Assembly: GCA_035221665.1 (NCBI GenBank)
Contig: CM069155.1
Location: 29,264,001 to 29,328,000, forward strand
Direction: 5' to 3'
From: Okamejei kenojei
Taxonomy: Eukaryota
Length of the DNA stretch: 64,000 bases
Positions 10,985 through 22,963 of this stretch are shown here, piece by piece (the stretch's first letter is position 1; every line of letters starts with the position of its first letter). The position numbers and the translations under genes are program-made. The notes beneath the pieces were generated by a model. It was not told the origin of the DNA. It was given only the letters and a program-made list of their open reading frames with translations, and ran no database searches.

Positions 10985-11412
10985 TCAGTGGATAGGAGCA
11001 AAATTTAGGCCCATTTGGTTCATCAAGTCTACTGTGCCATTCAATTATGGTTGGGTTGATCTATCTCTCCCTCCTAACCCTGTTCTCCTGCCTTCTCCTC
11101 ATAACCTCTGACACCCAAGAATCTATCAATCTCTGCCTTAAAAATATATCTACTGACTTGGCTCCATAGATTCACCACCCTCTAATTAAATAAATTCCTC
11201 CTCGTTTATCATTCCTTAAAAAGATCGTCTTTTAATTCTGAGGCTATGACCTCTCAGTCTAGACTCTCCCCACTCTTGGAACATCCTTTCCACCTACACT
11301 CTATCCAAGCCTTTCAATATTATGTATATTTCTGTGGTTCCCCCTAATTTTCCTAAAACTCTAGCGAGTAGAGGCCCGTTGTGCATGAAATGCTATCGTA
11401 CTTAACCTACTC
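10985..11412 (-). mobile_element. CR1 LINE 3' fragment
   Basis: Reverse-complement CR1 3' UTR (aggagcaaaatttaggcccatt...cctgccttctcc) and ORF2 end, with many indels. Confidence 0.65.
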
Positions 11413-11642
11413 ATTAGAAAATATTATACTGCGGAGAGACTTTAGTGTGTTCTACTCCTTTATTACTTAGCAAAAATGATGTCCTTTGTCAACACAGATC
11501 AATACAAGATGGAAGGTCCTCTGTTTCAGTCTGGGTATTGTGTAGGGTTGGTGGTTGTTGCGTGAAGATGGCAGAGAGCATTGGAATAAGAACGACTTGC
11601 CAGCAACATGCAATAATTTTTATTTATTGATTCTAGTCTTAC

Positions 11643-11723
11643 CTTTCAGTTGTTGCAGTTCAGAATCGCAAGCGTTTGTCAGCCTCCTTTAAATTGATTA
11701 TCAGCCTCTGAAATCCGATTAAT
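11643..11723 (-). CDS. Neck exon (81 nt), approx. NRISEADNQFK..LTNACDSELQQLK
   Basis: ttttttcaag| acceptor and AAAG|gtaaga donor; length is a multiple of 3, but compensating indels are needed to remove stops. Confidence 0.45.
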
Positions 11724-12066
11724 CTTGAAAAAAGATCATCTTGTTGATTTCAAATTTTGGATCTTACAATTCAACCAGAATTAGTGAAAAAATATCCATT
11801 CACTTAAAATTTTAAAATTTGCCAAAAAGCCAAATGACAGATTACATCTAGTGTTTGAATTTGCATTGCAGTATAATTTTGTATGCATTGAAATCTTCAG
11901 AATGACCTGTCAGATCTTTGCAAACTTGGGTTCAAATGGCAAAGTGGGGAAGCTGTTGGCAAGATATGTTTAACACCAGGCTCCACGTTGGGAGTGCAAA
12001 AATGGTGGTCAATGGGTCTTGCAAAATCGATTTAATATCCAGAAACACTCAATCAATTATTCTTAC

Positions 12067-12133
12067 AAATGCAATGAGCCAAATTTCGGCAGTTCACCAA
12101 TAAGAAATGCCAAATGGAATTGGCCCTTTAGGT
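12067..12133 (-). CDS. Candidate (error-ridden) transmembrane exon of the lectin-like gene
   Basis: Strong gttgtttttattttcag| acceptor and |gtaaga donor; 67 nt with hydrophobic pieces in shifting frames (FHLAFLIG / FGIS / LLVNC / IWLIAF); no clean single frame. Confidence 0.3.
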
Positions 12134-12810
12134 CTGAAAATAAAAACAACTCTTTCATTTTGCATAGAGATTGCCTATGCTATATGTTTCAGCAGGTAAT
12201 GTTTTTATTTCAGTAATTTTGGCAATTGCAGTTTTTTTGATACACCACTGCTAATATTCTTGAAGTAATTGAAGATATGTTGGTCTGAGACAAGGGAATC
12301 CTGAGAAACTCCAGCAGTGTTATCTTGGGATTGGGTTGATGATTTCCAACGTCCGCAACATTTAAAAAAAAATCCACAGTTTTTCCAGTCCGTGAGCTTT
12401 TCTTTCTTCGGTTCTTTGGTTCTTGGTCTCCAAAAGTATTCCAACTAGGATTTAAAACTGTATGGGATGGTGAAGGGCAGGGGTTCCTATTAGTTCTACT
12501 CTATATTCAACACTACTCAGTCAAACACTGCACTTAAGATGAAGCATTCTCAAAATCAAGCTTTGGAATTTAGCACATTTTCCATTGGAGTCAAGTGGGC
12601 TGTGGCCAAACACAAAATGAGCATTAATGAACAGGTCGTGAGGAATTGTGCAGTGGATGGGTTTTATTTGATGCCGTCATGAACGGACACATTTAATCAC
12701 TTTATTAAGATTGTAATCTTTGCGGAGGACTATTATAATTTTATTGAATGAAGAAGTAATTCTTTTGTTACAAGCCCAGTGTGCAACACAGGGCTTTTTT
12801 AGTTTTAAGA

Positions 12811-14747
12811 CTAGTCAAGTGCAGACCCGTTGGGTTTGCTCCCCCAAATGCAAGATTCCAACAACCTCACCTCGTTCCCCCGACGCAAGTCGTTCCCCTT
12901 AATGCCATATTCACCACTCATGCATAGCCCCAATTGCGCAGGCTCGGCTCATTCCTCCTGATCCCCCAGCACTCCATTCCTCCTCCTCTTTTTCACCCCC
13001 TCTTCTCATCCCTGAGAGGGATGGGGGTTAGAGAGGGAGGGGTGGTTGGGAGGGAGGGATTTGACTGGCGATGGTGACAGGCAGTGGAGTAGAGAAGCGG
13101 GAGTGGTAGGGCAGAGGGAGGGGGCTGAGAGGGAGGGGGTAGAGAGGGAGGGTGAGGGGAGGATGTGGGTAGAGTAGGAGGGGCGGAGGGAGGGGTAGAG
13201 TGGGGAAGGGGAGTAGAAAGGGAGGGGTTAGGGAGGGGGAGAGGCCGTAGAGGGCCAGAGGGGAGGTGAGGGTAAGAGAGGGAGAGAGCGAGGGAAGGAG
13301 GTAGGGGGGAAGGAGAGCGGAGGCAGGAAAGGATGAGGGGAGGGGGGAAGATAGGGAGGTGCACAGAGGGAGAGGGTGAAAGATGGATCACAGATCGGGT
13401 CGGGGGTAGGTCTCTTGGTGTTTTGCACATGGGGGTTTTGCAGGTGGTGTAGTCTCTTTTCCATTTATTGTTGGGTTTTTTATGTCCTTCTGTCCGTCTG
13501 AGTGTTATGTTCTCTCTTCCTTTCTTTTTATTCTCATTCCTTGGGTTAGGGGAAGAGGGACTGTTCAGGGTATGGCTCGTCGTTTGCTTAGGGGTGGGGG
13601 GGGTGTGAGATGTGTGGATGGGGGGGGTTGCTTTGGGGGGTGGAGGCTCGGGGCATCACTTTTTACACTCTCTCGTCATTTTACCCTTCACATCACACCA
13701 AAACCAAAACCTGTCAAAATACAAAAAAATCTGTGGGGGCGAGTGGGGGGTGAAAAAAACCCAACCACAACTTTCGTTTTTACTACAACGTTCTTTATAT
13801 GTCTTCACAAACCCCAGACGCCCCCTACTTCCCAGGTCTCACTCCTATTACCATCACCCGAACCCACCAACCCCCTCCCCCCCATCTCCTCCTCCACACC
13901 GCCACACCCCCCCCACCCCAACCCTGCATCCCCCCCCACCCCATTCCCACAACAACCACCAAACCCACCACCATCCCCAGCTCCCCCACACCCACCTTCC
14001 TCAAACCCTCATCCTCCTCCCCTCACTCCCATTCCCATTCCCTGCCCAGGACTTACTCTACCTACCCAGGTCCGTTAGAGCAGCAGCAGGTCCTGGAACT
14101 CGTGCCTGGTTCTGGACACGTACTCTAGCAGAGCCAGCCCCGGCTGAGACAAACCAGCTGCCGCCAACTCATTCACTGCTTGGGCTATATAGTGCAGGAC
14201 TACGACTTCCATTTCCGGGCTCTCGTCCCTGACCATGGACCCCAGCTCATCCTTTTGTTCCAGTTGGCGCATCTTTTTTGGCCCGGTCAAGGCCCCATCC
14301 CAATCCAAGCCCCGGGCTCGGCGCTCACTCCAGCTCCAGCTCCAGCACCACCCTCCCCACTAAAGATCCGACTGGGGCGTTCAGGCGCTTGCAGCCGTCG
14401 CCACGTGAACACTGGAGTGCCCCACCCTACCAGAGTGTATATCCTGCCTTGTGAGTGCATTGTGATGTCACTCGTGTTTTTTTCCGAAAATAGGTGAGTT
14501 TTCGGACTGTTTTTTAAAAACTTCAAATTATTAAAAACAAGTTTTGGAAATATAGGTGGGAATGCAACCAGAAAATGCTTATCGCCTCGACGGGAAAAAT
14601 GTGAATGGAATGTGCGAAAAATGGAAGGCTGTGGCCCTGTGTTTGGAGAAAATAGGAAAATTAACCAGATTCTCACTTCACACACACACACAGCCACAGC
14701 CACACACACAGCCACAAACAAGACGAAGAATTTTAGTATTATGTAGA
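12811..14747 (-). mobile_element. Complete non-autonomous Helitron (~1.94 kb)
   Basis: Minus strand: A|TCTACATAATACTAAAA at the 5' end; 3' GC-rich hairpin GCAAACCC-AAC-GGGTCTGC 6 nt before CTAG|T; A^T insertion without TSD; low-complexity purine/pyrimidine tracts and (CA)n inside. Confidence 0.8.
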
Positions 14748-15207
14748 TTAGGAAAAATGAGTGCCTCCTGGTGGATTCTTGGAAGTTTCGCATGCTGTGA
14801 AGACTTGCAAAGCCAATTTCAACGTTAAGGTTTATTGAGGACATTTAAGTCTGTAAATACGGGCCAAGAACAGTAACAGAGTGAGCAGCATACATTTGGT
14901 CCGCGGATTCAGCACCATTCCAGTGCCACCAGAAAACCAAATTTTGTAATGCACTTTTAATCTATCAATTCCATTAGAAAGATTGAATTTACAGAAATCA
15001 CGTTCCGCATGGGGAGGTTTCCCCAACCCTGTGTTAAAAAATCAGGCTGATTACTTCATTTTTTCTGCAAGTCAATTCCCATCCACTCAGACAAAATATT
15101 TAACAATTTGTAGTTTTATTCCTTGAAAAAAATATTTCTCCAGGTTCCACAGTCTAGATACTCATACTATTAATATCCCACTCTTGACATCACCTTTGGT
15201 GAATCCG

Positions 15208-15393
15208 AGACACAAGGAACTGTAGATGCTGGAAACTTGAGTAACACCAGAGTGCTGAGAGTAAATCAGTGCTGCGTCGGGCAGCATCACTGGAGGGACA
15301 TGGATAGACGACATTTCGGGTCCGACCCCAAACGTCGCCAATCTATGGCCCCCAGGGATGCTGCCTGACCCGCGGAGTTACTCCAGCACTTTG
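15208..15393. repeat. Fold-back (inverted dimer) of the Penelope-like terminal repeat
   Basis: Arms 15248-15322 and 15324-15393 are imperfect reverse complements, centred on GGGTC-C-GACCC. Confidence 0.75.
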
Positions 15394-15658
15394 AGGTTTT
15401 ACTTTTAGTAAATACAGATTCGTGCCCAAAACAGACCAGACACCTAATTTTGTCCCAATTACCTGTGACCTTATGACCTTATATCTAGTCAAAAACAAGC
15501 AAAGGCTCCATGTATCCGTACCTCTCCTGATTGTAATGTGCTTTAGTTTCATTGACACTGATGAGAATACATTTTAGAAAGAAGGAAAACATATGGAATA
15601 GCGAAGAGCCAGGAACGAAAGATACATTTATTGTTCCTTGTGGTAGCTACTCACTTAC

Positions 15659-15741
15659 CATTTCCTTGGCGTGTGGTTAGTCCATTGGCGCTTTTAAATG
15701 AATCTTGAAGTTCTTTAAATCATCAACAGAAATCTTCATAT
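15659..15741 (-). CDS. Putative first coding (cytoplasmic-tail) exon, MKISVDD(F)KELQDSFKSANGLTTRQGN(G/D)
   Basis: tatgtag| acceptor, ATG at 15739-15737, AATG|gtaagt donor; 83 nt, needs one extra base at GATTTAAA to stay in frame. Size and phase-1 end resemble the first coding exon of ASGR1/CLEC10A. Confidence 0.5.
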
Positions 15742-16734
15742 CTACATATTGAAAAGTGTGTTATATTTCAGAAACAAAACCTGCTTACAATCAGAAGTAA
15801 TTAAAACTGGTCAGCTTTACCATTGAACGAATACAGAATGCGCAACATAGCAATTTGACCGTTCTCTGAGTGCATCCCACGAATCTGCAGCCGGTTATTA
15901 TAATGAAAGCACGCAGTTTTACTGTCAGAAGAAGACTGTGGAGATGGATTTTTCCATCGAAATAAATGGACTGGTGAGGCATTTGAAATGTCCTCTTTGC
16001 CTTCATAATAATGAAGCTGAAATTAACAGGCTTAGCCCGAACCCGTGACGGGGCTAATAATAGAATTATTTTGAAGACGGGGTTTTTCTATTCTATTGAC
16101 GGTTGATACAAAGGCTGGGCCGGTAGGCGTTGACAGAATTTCGTAAAGTGTTAAATGGAATTGTGTTCTTCTTGGGTTTCAATGTGGCAAAGTTCCAGCT
16201 GATGCCAAGAAAACAGCCACACAGGAGCCGTCATGCCGTCCCTTCGGTCCACCAACCAACCGCTCGTTCGTAAGCACCGGCCGAGCGCTGGTGAGACGGG
16301 TATTATCGCCACCGCAGCTCCGTAAACGACGGTTTGAAAAATATCATAGATGGCCAGAACGATCCCGAGTTATTCTTTCACCTTGATGATATGTTATCAC
16401 ATGTGAAACGTTAATTCTCCACGGAATGCTGCCCTGATTGGTGTGAGATGTCCAGCATTTTTCTGCCTCTGTTCCTTGAGGTGAATAGTGAACAAATTTA
16501 CACAATGTGATTGCATTTAGATAGTTTAAATTAAAGTGTACACTTTCTGGTGGATGTTTATATATTCGAAACAAGAGGGAAGTAGATGAAACGATTGATG
16601 TTTCAAGAAATGAAGCGGTTGGTGTTTGCTAAGTCGCAAGTATCAACTGGTACCTTTTTATTACGGGTCACACCTGAAGCTGGATAATGGATTCTGCACA
16701 ATTCTGGTATCAGGTAATGAATTAATAGATTGAA

Positions 16735-17030
16735 TGATACAGCATGGAAAAACAGCCTCTTCGGCCCACCTAGCCATGCCAATCATCGAATAACCCGTAC
16801 AACACACGGTCTTGTGTTATAACACTTTCTCATCCATTCCCTACCCACTAGGGGCCAATTTACAGAACCCAAATGATGCGTACAATTGCAGGCTGTGCAA
16901 AGAAAACCGAAGCCACCCAGTGTAAACCAACGCGGTTACAAGGATAACGTGCAATGTCCACATTGACAGCATCCAAGGTTATTTTGAACAAGGATCTCTG
17001 TCGTTGCGAGGCAGCAGCTCTTCCAGCTGT
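16735..17030 (-). mobile_element. Degenerate SINE
   Basis: cagcatggaaaaacagcctcttcggcccac tail and core in reverse orientation. Confidence 0.55.
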
Positions 17031-17629
17031 ACAAAAATATGGCAAACAAAATGGATTTTGTATTGTCCTTGATAGTGCCACGTAAAATGCATAGAACGCA
17101 TCGCAGCGTTCACAAAAGCGGCTGAATTCAACATTCGGGCGCAATATTCATGCGCTCGGTGAAAGCTTGCGTTTCAAGGAGGCGCCGATGGTTCATGAAA
17201 ATTCTCGCGTTTGCCTCTGGCAAATCCGATGTAATATTAAACTGCTAGCCCGTGTGTAAGGGATCGTCAGAGGCGCGCCGTTTGGACTGCAATGCCCAAT
17301 TATGAGATGATTGGAGCAGATTGGAAAAAGCCAACATGCATGAACGGTTTGAAAGCCAGGGTCACCTTGAGTGAAACTAGTAAACGTCTTTGCCCCGCGT
17401 CTAGTGTGTCACATTGACAGACACATGTGAACCGCCCTTGGTCTGTTGGTGCAGCTTGATTCTATCACCAGTTCTAGTGTATTAGTCCTCGCTGATGTAA
17501 TATAATTGCTCCCCAAAAAACCGCGCTGAAAGCCATCCCAACCCCCACCTATTTCCCTCTCTCAGTAGAGGTGGTGGGGTGACTCAGTTGGCAAAGAAAA
17601 AAACATCAAAATCCTTAGCAAAAAAAAAA

Positions 17630-18405
17630 AAGACACAGGATCAGAAGATGTAGAATGCCTGTGGGTAGGGTTAAGAAACTGCATGGGTAAAAAGACACTG
17701 ATGGGAATTATATCCAGGCTTCCGAATAGTAGTCACGACAAAATACGTCAGGATGTAGTAAATAATGGAAGAAGGCAATGTTACGGTGGTCATGGGGGAT
17801 ATCAATATGCAGGTAGAATGGGAAAGTCAGGTTCCCATTCTACCTGCATCCCAAGTCTAGATTCCAAGAGAAGGAATTTGTAGAAATTGCTATGAGATGG
17901 CTTTTTTTAGAGCAGCTCCTGGTCGAGCCCTCCAGGGAAAAGACAATTCTGGATTTGGAGTTGTATAATGAAACAGATTTGATTAGGGATCTTAAAGTGA
18001 AGGAACCCCTAGGAGCAAGTGATCATAATTTGATAAAAATAAAACTTGTAGTTTGAGAAGGAGAAGGCAAAATCGGATGTATTGAGTAAAGGTAACTACA
18101 GAGGCATGAGAGAGGAGCTGGCTATAGTTGATTGGAAGGGGACCATCGCAGGAATGACGGTGGAGCAGCAATGGCAGGTGTTTCCGGGAATAATTCTGAA
18201 GACGTTGGATCTTTTTTCATCCCAAAGAGGAATGCACATACCAAGGGGAGAATAAGACCACCATAGCTAAGAAAGGAAGTCAAAGACAGCAGAAAAGCAA
18301 AAGTGAAGGCATATAATACAATAATGATTAGCGGGCAGCTAGAGGATTAGGTAGCCTTTAAAAACCAAACAACTAAAAAAGCAATAAGCAGCGAAAAGAT
18401 GAAAT
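17630..18405 (+). mobile_element. Old CR1 ORF2 (APE endonuclease) fragment
   Basis: EDVE.LWV.LRNC.GKKTLMG.I.R.PNSS...LG.SDHN, homologous to ORF 27911..28342. Confidence 0.75.
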
Positions 18406-18406
18406 A

Positions 18407-18549
18407 TGAGAAAACCCACGCGGTTCACGGGGAGTTAAGAACGTACAAACTCCGTACAGACAGCCCCCGTAGTCGGGATCGAACCCGGCTCTCTGGCGCT
18501 GCAAGCGCTGTAAGGCAGGAACTCCACCGCTGCGCCACTGTGCCGCCCT
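18407..18549 (-). mobile_element. SINE 5' half (tRNA head plus core)
   Basis: Reverse complement of gggcggcacagtggcgcagcgg...ccgggttcgatccc...ctgtctgtacggagtttgtacg. Confidence 0.8.
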
Positions 18550-18928
18550 GATCTGACATAGCGGTCTCGACGGGACGAATGGCCCAATTCTACTCCAATG
18601 CCATGGTCTACTAGAAGTCCTCTCTGAAATGTTCAGGTCAGAGTAATCACCTTATTGAAAAGGCTGGCCATGAAAGCCTCTACGCTACATGATTTTTTTT
18701 TCAGCAGCGCTGGACTATGTGAGCAGCAGCTAATAATTTCCGTAGAAGTTCTCAAGCGGAGAACTGATTGAATCCACTGGAGAACGTAATGTTCCCCAAA
18801 TATCCCAAACCAACACTGTTGCAGTGCAGTATTTACTACCACATGGAAAGAGCAGAGCGTACAATTACAGACGCACAGTTTAAGAGTGGGATACCGATAT
18901 CTTTGATCGCCCCGCCCATTCAAATTCT

Positions 18929-20071
18929 TTTTTTTTTTTTTTTTTAAATTTTTTTTTTTTTTTAAATTTTTTAATTGTAGAAACAATATATACCGAGTAC
19001 ACTCTTATACGACAGTGAGAGTTGTATAATATACAAAATTATATAATATTAATTATCGATTGATACTGTTTATGTTAATTGTAATATTATCCATTATACA
19101 TTTCGTGGTTATTTATTTTATATTGGGAGTATATGTAGTATATTCCTAAAATAAGCAATATACTCAGATTTCTCATATCATAGATATTCTTCTAATTACC
19201 AAATACAAAATCCCCGCTAATATAACTACATAATACCCAATCTTAAACAAAGTTTTATGATATTCATAATGTTATCAAAAATATTAAGAATATTTGTATT
19301 ATTGTTAACTTTATATTTCAAAATTATTGTATAGTTGAAAAATGCATAATTTTATATAATTACAAATTTAAGACATCTATAATCTTTTCATACGAATAAA
19401 AATAAGTGTGTACATATTAAAAATTTATATAATATGTTTCTATATTTTTTTTCCTTAATTAAAGATAGGAAGATAGGGAAAGAGAATAGAAAATAGAAAA
19501 GAAAATGTGAGAAGTTTGATGGAGATTGAAGTATTACTAAATAATCCATTCTTGGAGATACATTCATGATTTATTATATGTTTTCTTCATCCATTCAGAT
19601 ATTCAGGCCTCAGTCCAAGTCCCTGCGCCGAACCATTGTGACCCTGTAGATATTTAATATAGGGAGACCATATCCCTTTGAAGTGATCTAACCCGTCCAT
19701 AAGGACAAGTCTCAATCTCTCCAAGTGAAGTGTCTCCGTCATTTCTGTATTCCACATTTTAATTGTTGGGGATACAGGGCCTTTCCAAAATTTTTAATAT
19801 TAATTTTTTCCCAATTATTAAAGAATAGTCGATAAAAGTTCTTTGATTCCTTGTAATTATTTGTTCCGTTTCCGGTATTCCAAGTATGATTAACTTTGGG
19901 TCAGGAATCATAGTAATATTAATAACATTCGAGACTATCTTAAATATTTCATTCCATATTCTAGAATCTTCGTACAATTAGTAAATGAATGTGACAAAGT
20001 TGCTTCTAAGATTTGACATTTATCACATATAGGTGATAATTTTGGAAATATATTATGTAATTTAGATTTAG
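18929..20071 (-). mobile_element. 5'-truncated L1 copy (3' UTR plus ORF2 end), same family as 35146-41771
   Basis: Poly(A) tail, near-identity to 35160-36272, 11-bp TSD ATTCAAATTCT (18918-18928 / 20072-20082). Confidence 0.92.
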
Positions 20072-21126
20072 ATTCAAATTCTAAAGCGATTTGTCAATAT
20101 TCGCTTAAATGATCTGTATAGACAAGCTGAGCGCGTTTTCTCGTATTAGAGAGCGTGAGAGTGATTTATCTGACAGAGAGCCTACTGCTTCCTATGTCAC
20201 GCCTCCCGAGAACAGAAACATTACCATTGGAACGTGGTGAGCAGACAATTTAGATGGGTTAAATATACCGCAGAATTCACAAACAGTGGTGGAATTTGTG
20301 CTTGGCAGAAGGTAGACTGGTAGCAAGTTATGCAGAAATATGGATTGGACAATAGTTCGATGGGGTGGGGGTGTCGCCAAGCGGAAAGTGTGGTATCGGG
20401 CGCCGATTAGGGTAGGCTCTGTTGGCATCGATTAATTATTGGCGGGGCGTATAACTGATCGCACGCACCATGCTGCCTGTTTTAAATCGCAGAGGACATG
20501 TATTCTGCCAGAAGAACAATACTTACATGCAACAAATGGACAATGCTGTGAGTACTCCCAGGCCAATCAGACACAAACGTGACAGTGACCTTCACAATTA
20601 TTTCCCCTTGCCTCGGTTTCATCAATCGAGTCCATTCTGAGCCTGAATGTATATTGAAATTAATTGAAATTAAGCAGTACATAATTTTCATACTGCAAAG
20701 TGTCTACACAATTGACATAATAATTACCGGTCTTGAATAATACCGAGTTTTCGTTGTCACAAATGCATAAATTCTGCAAGGCGTCGTTAGAAGGATTTTC
20801 GAGGGCCATTCGATCTGATTGACTGGCGTGTACGAATACGAGTGCAACAGCTGAACCTTCCCGTTATAAGTGAAGTGAAAAGTTCCTCTTGCTTCTGTTT
20901 TGCTGCCATAGCGATTATAAAGTAGAAACTTTGCTGAGTGTTTCAAATCATGAACTGTAATTGAACTGAAGAAAGTACGTTGACAAGTTGCCAAGTTTTA
21001 AAAAGGAACTGAGAATGTGTGAGCAAATGCCATGCATTCGGAGGCAATCACAATAAGCATCGTACGCCAAAGCATAATAAGGACAAAGCAATATGACACT
21101 GTTTATGTGTTTATTGCGCTATAATT

Positions 21127-21215
21127 CTGAGGTCTCGACCCGAAACGTTTACTTATCCAAGTTCTCCAGAGATGCTGCATGATCCGCTGAGTAACTCCAG
21201 CACTTTGTGTATTTT
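21127..21215 (+). repeat. Penelope-like terminal fragment
   Basis: tctgaggtctcgacccgaaacg...gagatgctgc...gctgagtaactccagcactttgtg. Confidence 0.65.
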
Positions 21216-21569
21216 TGAATAATAAACCTATCACCTCCCCCCCCCCCCAAATAAAATCCCATAGGCAAGATTACTTCTTGGCGCATTGCACGGGGACACA
21301 CACACACACACAACACACTGTTCTTTTATAAAACGCCAAGATGACTAAAATCTATCTGCAAAATCCCCTTTCCTGGTTAGTCATAGCCTATATGAATGCG
21401 AGGCAGAAATAACCCGGCAGGTAATTTTTACGGAAACGACGTTTCCTTCACTTTCAAATCAGGGTGAAATGTAGAGATTTCTAAATTATGTAAAAGTTGG
21501 CCGTGTGTCTGACACTGAGAAGGAAACATTAGATTGCTGTTCTGTTAGATAGAAAAGTAGGAGATTTAA

Positions 21570-22330
21570 ATTTAAATCAGAGCCATGTAAGGCCATGTAC
21601 TAGAGAAGGAAATACTCAATCTTTGTTTAAAACTAGTGTGGATTGGAGGAACAAACGGGATCATGTAGTGCACGTCCACAGACCATTACCGCTTTCAAGC
21701 TAAGTCACGGAGATGGCTGAAACGGAATACGGAATGCCGTCCGTTATAAACTACGATATAGAACATTAAAAGTAAGGAAATTCATATTAGACCTGTGTAC
21801 TATGCGAGTTAGACCACCGTCTGGGTTATGTATCCAGTTCTGGTCAGAACATTGCACAGGATAGTTTTACGAGCACGTTGCCACACTGGAAAATTGTAGC
21901 TGAGTGGAAAGATTGCTTGGGTTTGGGTTGTTTTATATAGAAAAAATAAGCTAAATTGGGATTGAATTGAGCTGTATTATCATTGGTAGAGTCAATCGAA
22001 AATATTTTTCAGCAGAAGATTCAAAACGGAAGGGGAATAGATCTAAGATGTTAGCAGGAGATTCAGAACATTTGTTCACCCAGTGTCGTGAAGGCATAGA
22101 GATATAGAGCCATATAGCGTGGAAACAGGTCCATCGGCGTAACTTGCCCACATCGACCAACAATGATGAATGGTTATGTTTGTGTGGCAGAGTAATAAAC
22201 CCCCGTCATGCTTGCAAAATACTTGGGCATCATTCGAAGAAGAATGACCCACAGGGCTCTGGATCAAGCGTTGGACCGGCATAGGCATGATGGATAAATG
22301 GCCTCCTCTGCAGCAGATATTCTAAGATTC
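21570..22330 (+). mobile_element. Highly diverged CR1 3' fragment
   Basis: Remnants of RP.L.Y..QFWS and CR1 3' UTR (ggataaatggcctcct...tattctaagattc). Confidence 0.45.
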
Positions 22331-22670
22331 ACCATCAGTATTATAAAAGAGATGATAATTGTTTTTCTCGCTCCTAATTATACAAATAATACATGCTGGC
22401 TTGCAATATGACATTATTTATTCCTTCCATATTCAACAATAACTTGAATAGTCAAAGTATCTTCTTTGACGTGGGGCAATATGATGAGTTGGTGGGTGCC
22501 CATCCTGATTTCTATTATATTTTTATTTCAACAGCAACCCCCCATGTCAACATTGTCAAAAACAAATGATCGGACAGTATCTGTCTTTAGACAACTAATA
22601 ATGATTTATGTGCTGCTCCAAACATGGCACATTTACCGTCCGAGTTACAAGTGCAGTCTCTGTTGAAATT

Positions 22671-22963
22671 GGGCGGCGTCCGTAGCGCTGGCATAGTGGT
22701 GCAGGAATATAATGCTAACTCACAGCGTCTGATCCGGGTTCGAATCCTGTCAACGGTTGCTGTCTGTACGGAGTTTGTACGTGGATAGCCGCGTGGGATT
22801 TCTCCGGGTGCTCTTGTTTCCTCCCACATTTCAAGGACGTGCAGGTTTGTAGGTTAATTGACTTCTGAAATTGTCCCTAGTGTGCAAGATAGACCTAATA
22901 TACGAGCGGTCGGTGGGCCGAAGGGGCCTGTTTCCACGCTATATTTCTAAACTAAACGAAACT
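22671..22963 (+). mobile_element. tRNA-derived SINE (HE1/V-SINE-like)
   Basis: B box ccgggttcgaatcc, core gctgtctgtacggagtttgtacg...ttcctcccacat, CR1-derived tail gggccgaaggggcctgtttcc plus (CTAAA)n. Confidence 0.85.

Larger units (their letters stand above)
66..15741 (-). other. Multi-exon host gene (5' part), probable type II transmembrane C-type lectin (ASGR/CLEC10A/CD209/CD23-like) with long coiled-coil neck; 3' exons lie beyond the window start
   Basis: Series of minus-strand exons bounded by pyrimidine-rich AG and GTAAG/GTAGG/GTGAG, nearly all ending in phase 1 and joining into one heptad-like, N-glycosylation-rich polypeptide. No CRD in the window, so the family is inferred from exon architecture. 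Confidence 0.6.

Noticed and set aside
12375-12444. Purine-rich minus-strand segment after an AG, possible extra cytoplasmic exon
   Set aside because: No convincing donor and an ambiguous frame; left out of the gene model.
12993-14232. Long proline-rich ORFs (145-206 aa)
   Set aside because: Translation of low-complexity G/C tracts inside the Helitron.
22671-22750. tRNA-like A/B boxes (also near 6350 and 18480-18549)
   Set aside because: SINE heads followed by core and CR1-derived tail, not tRNA genes.
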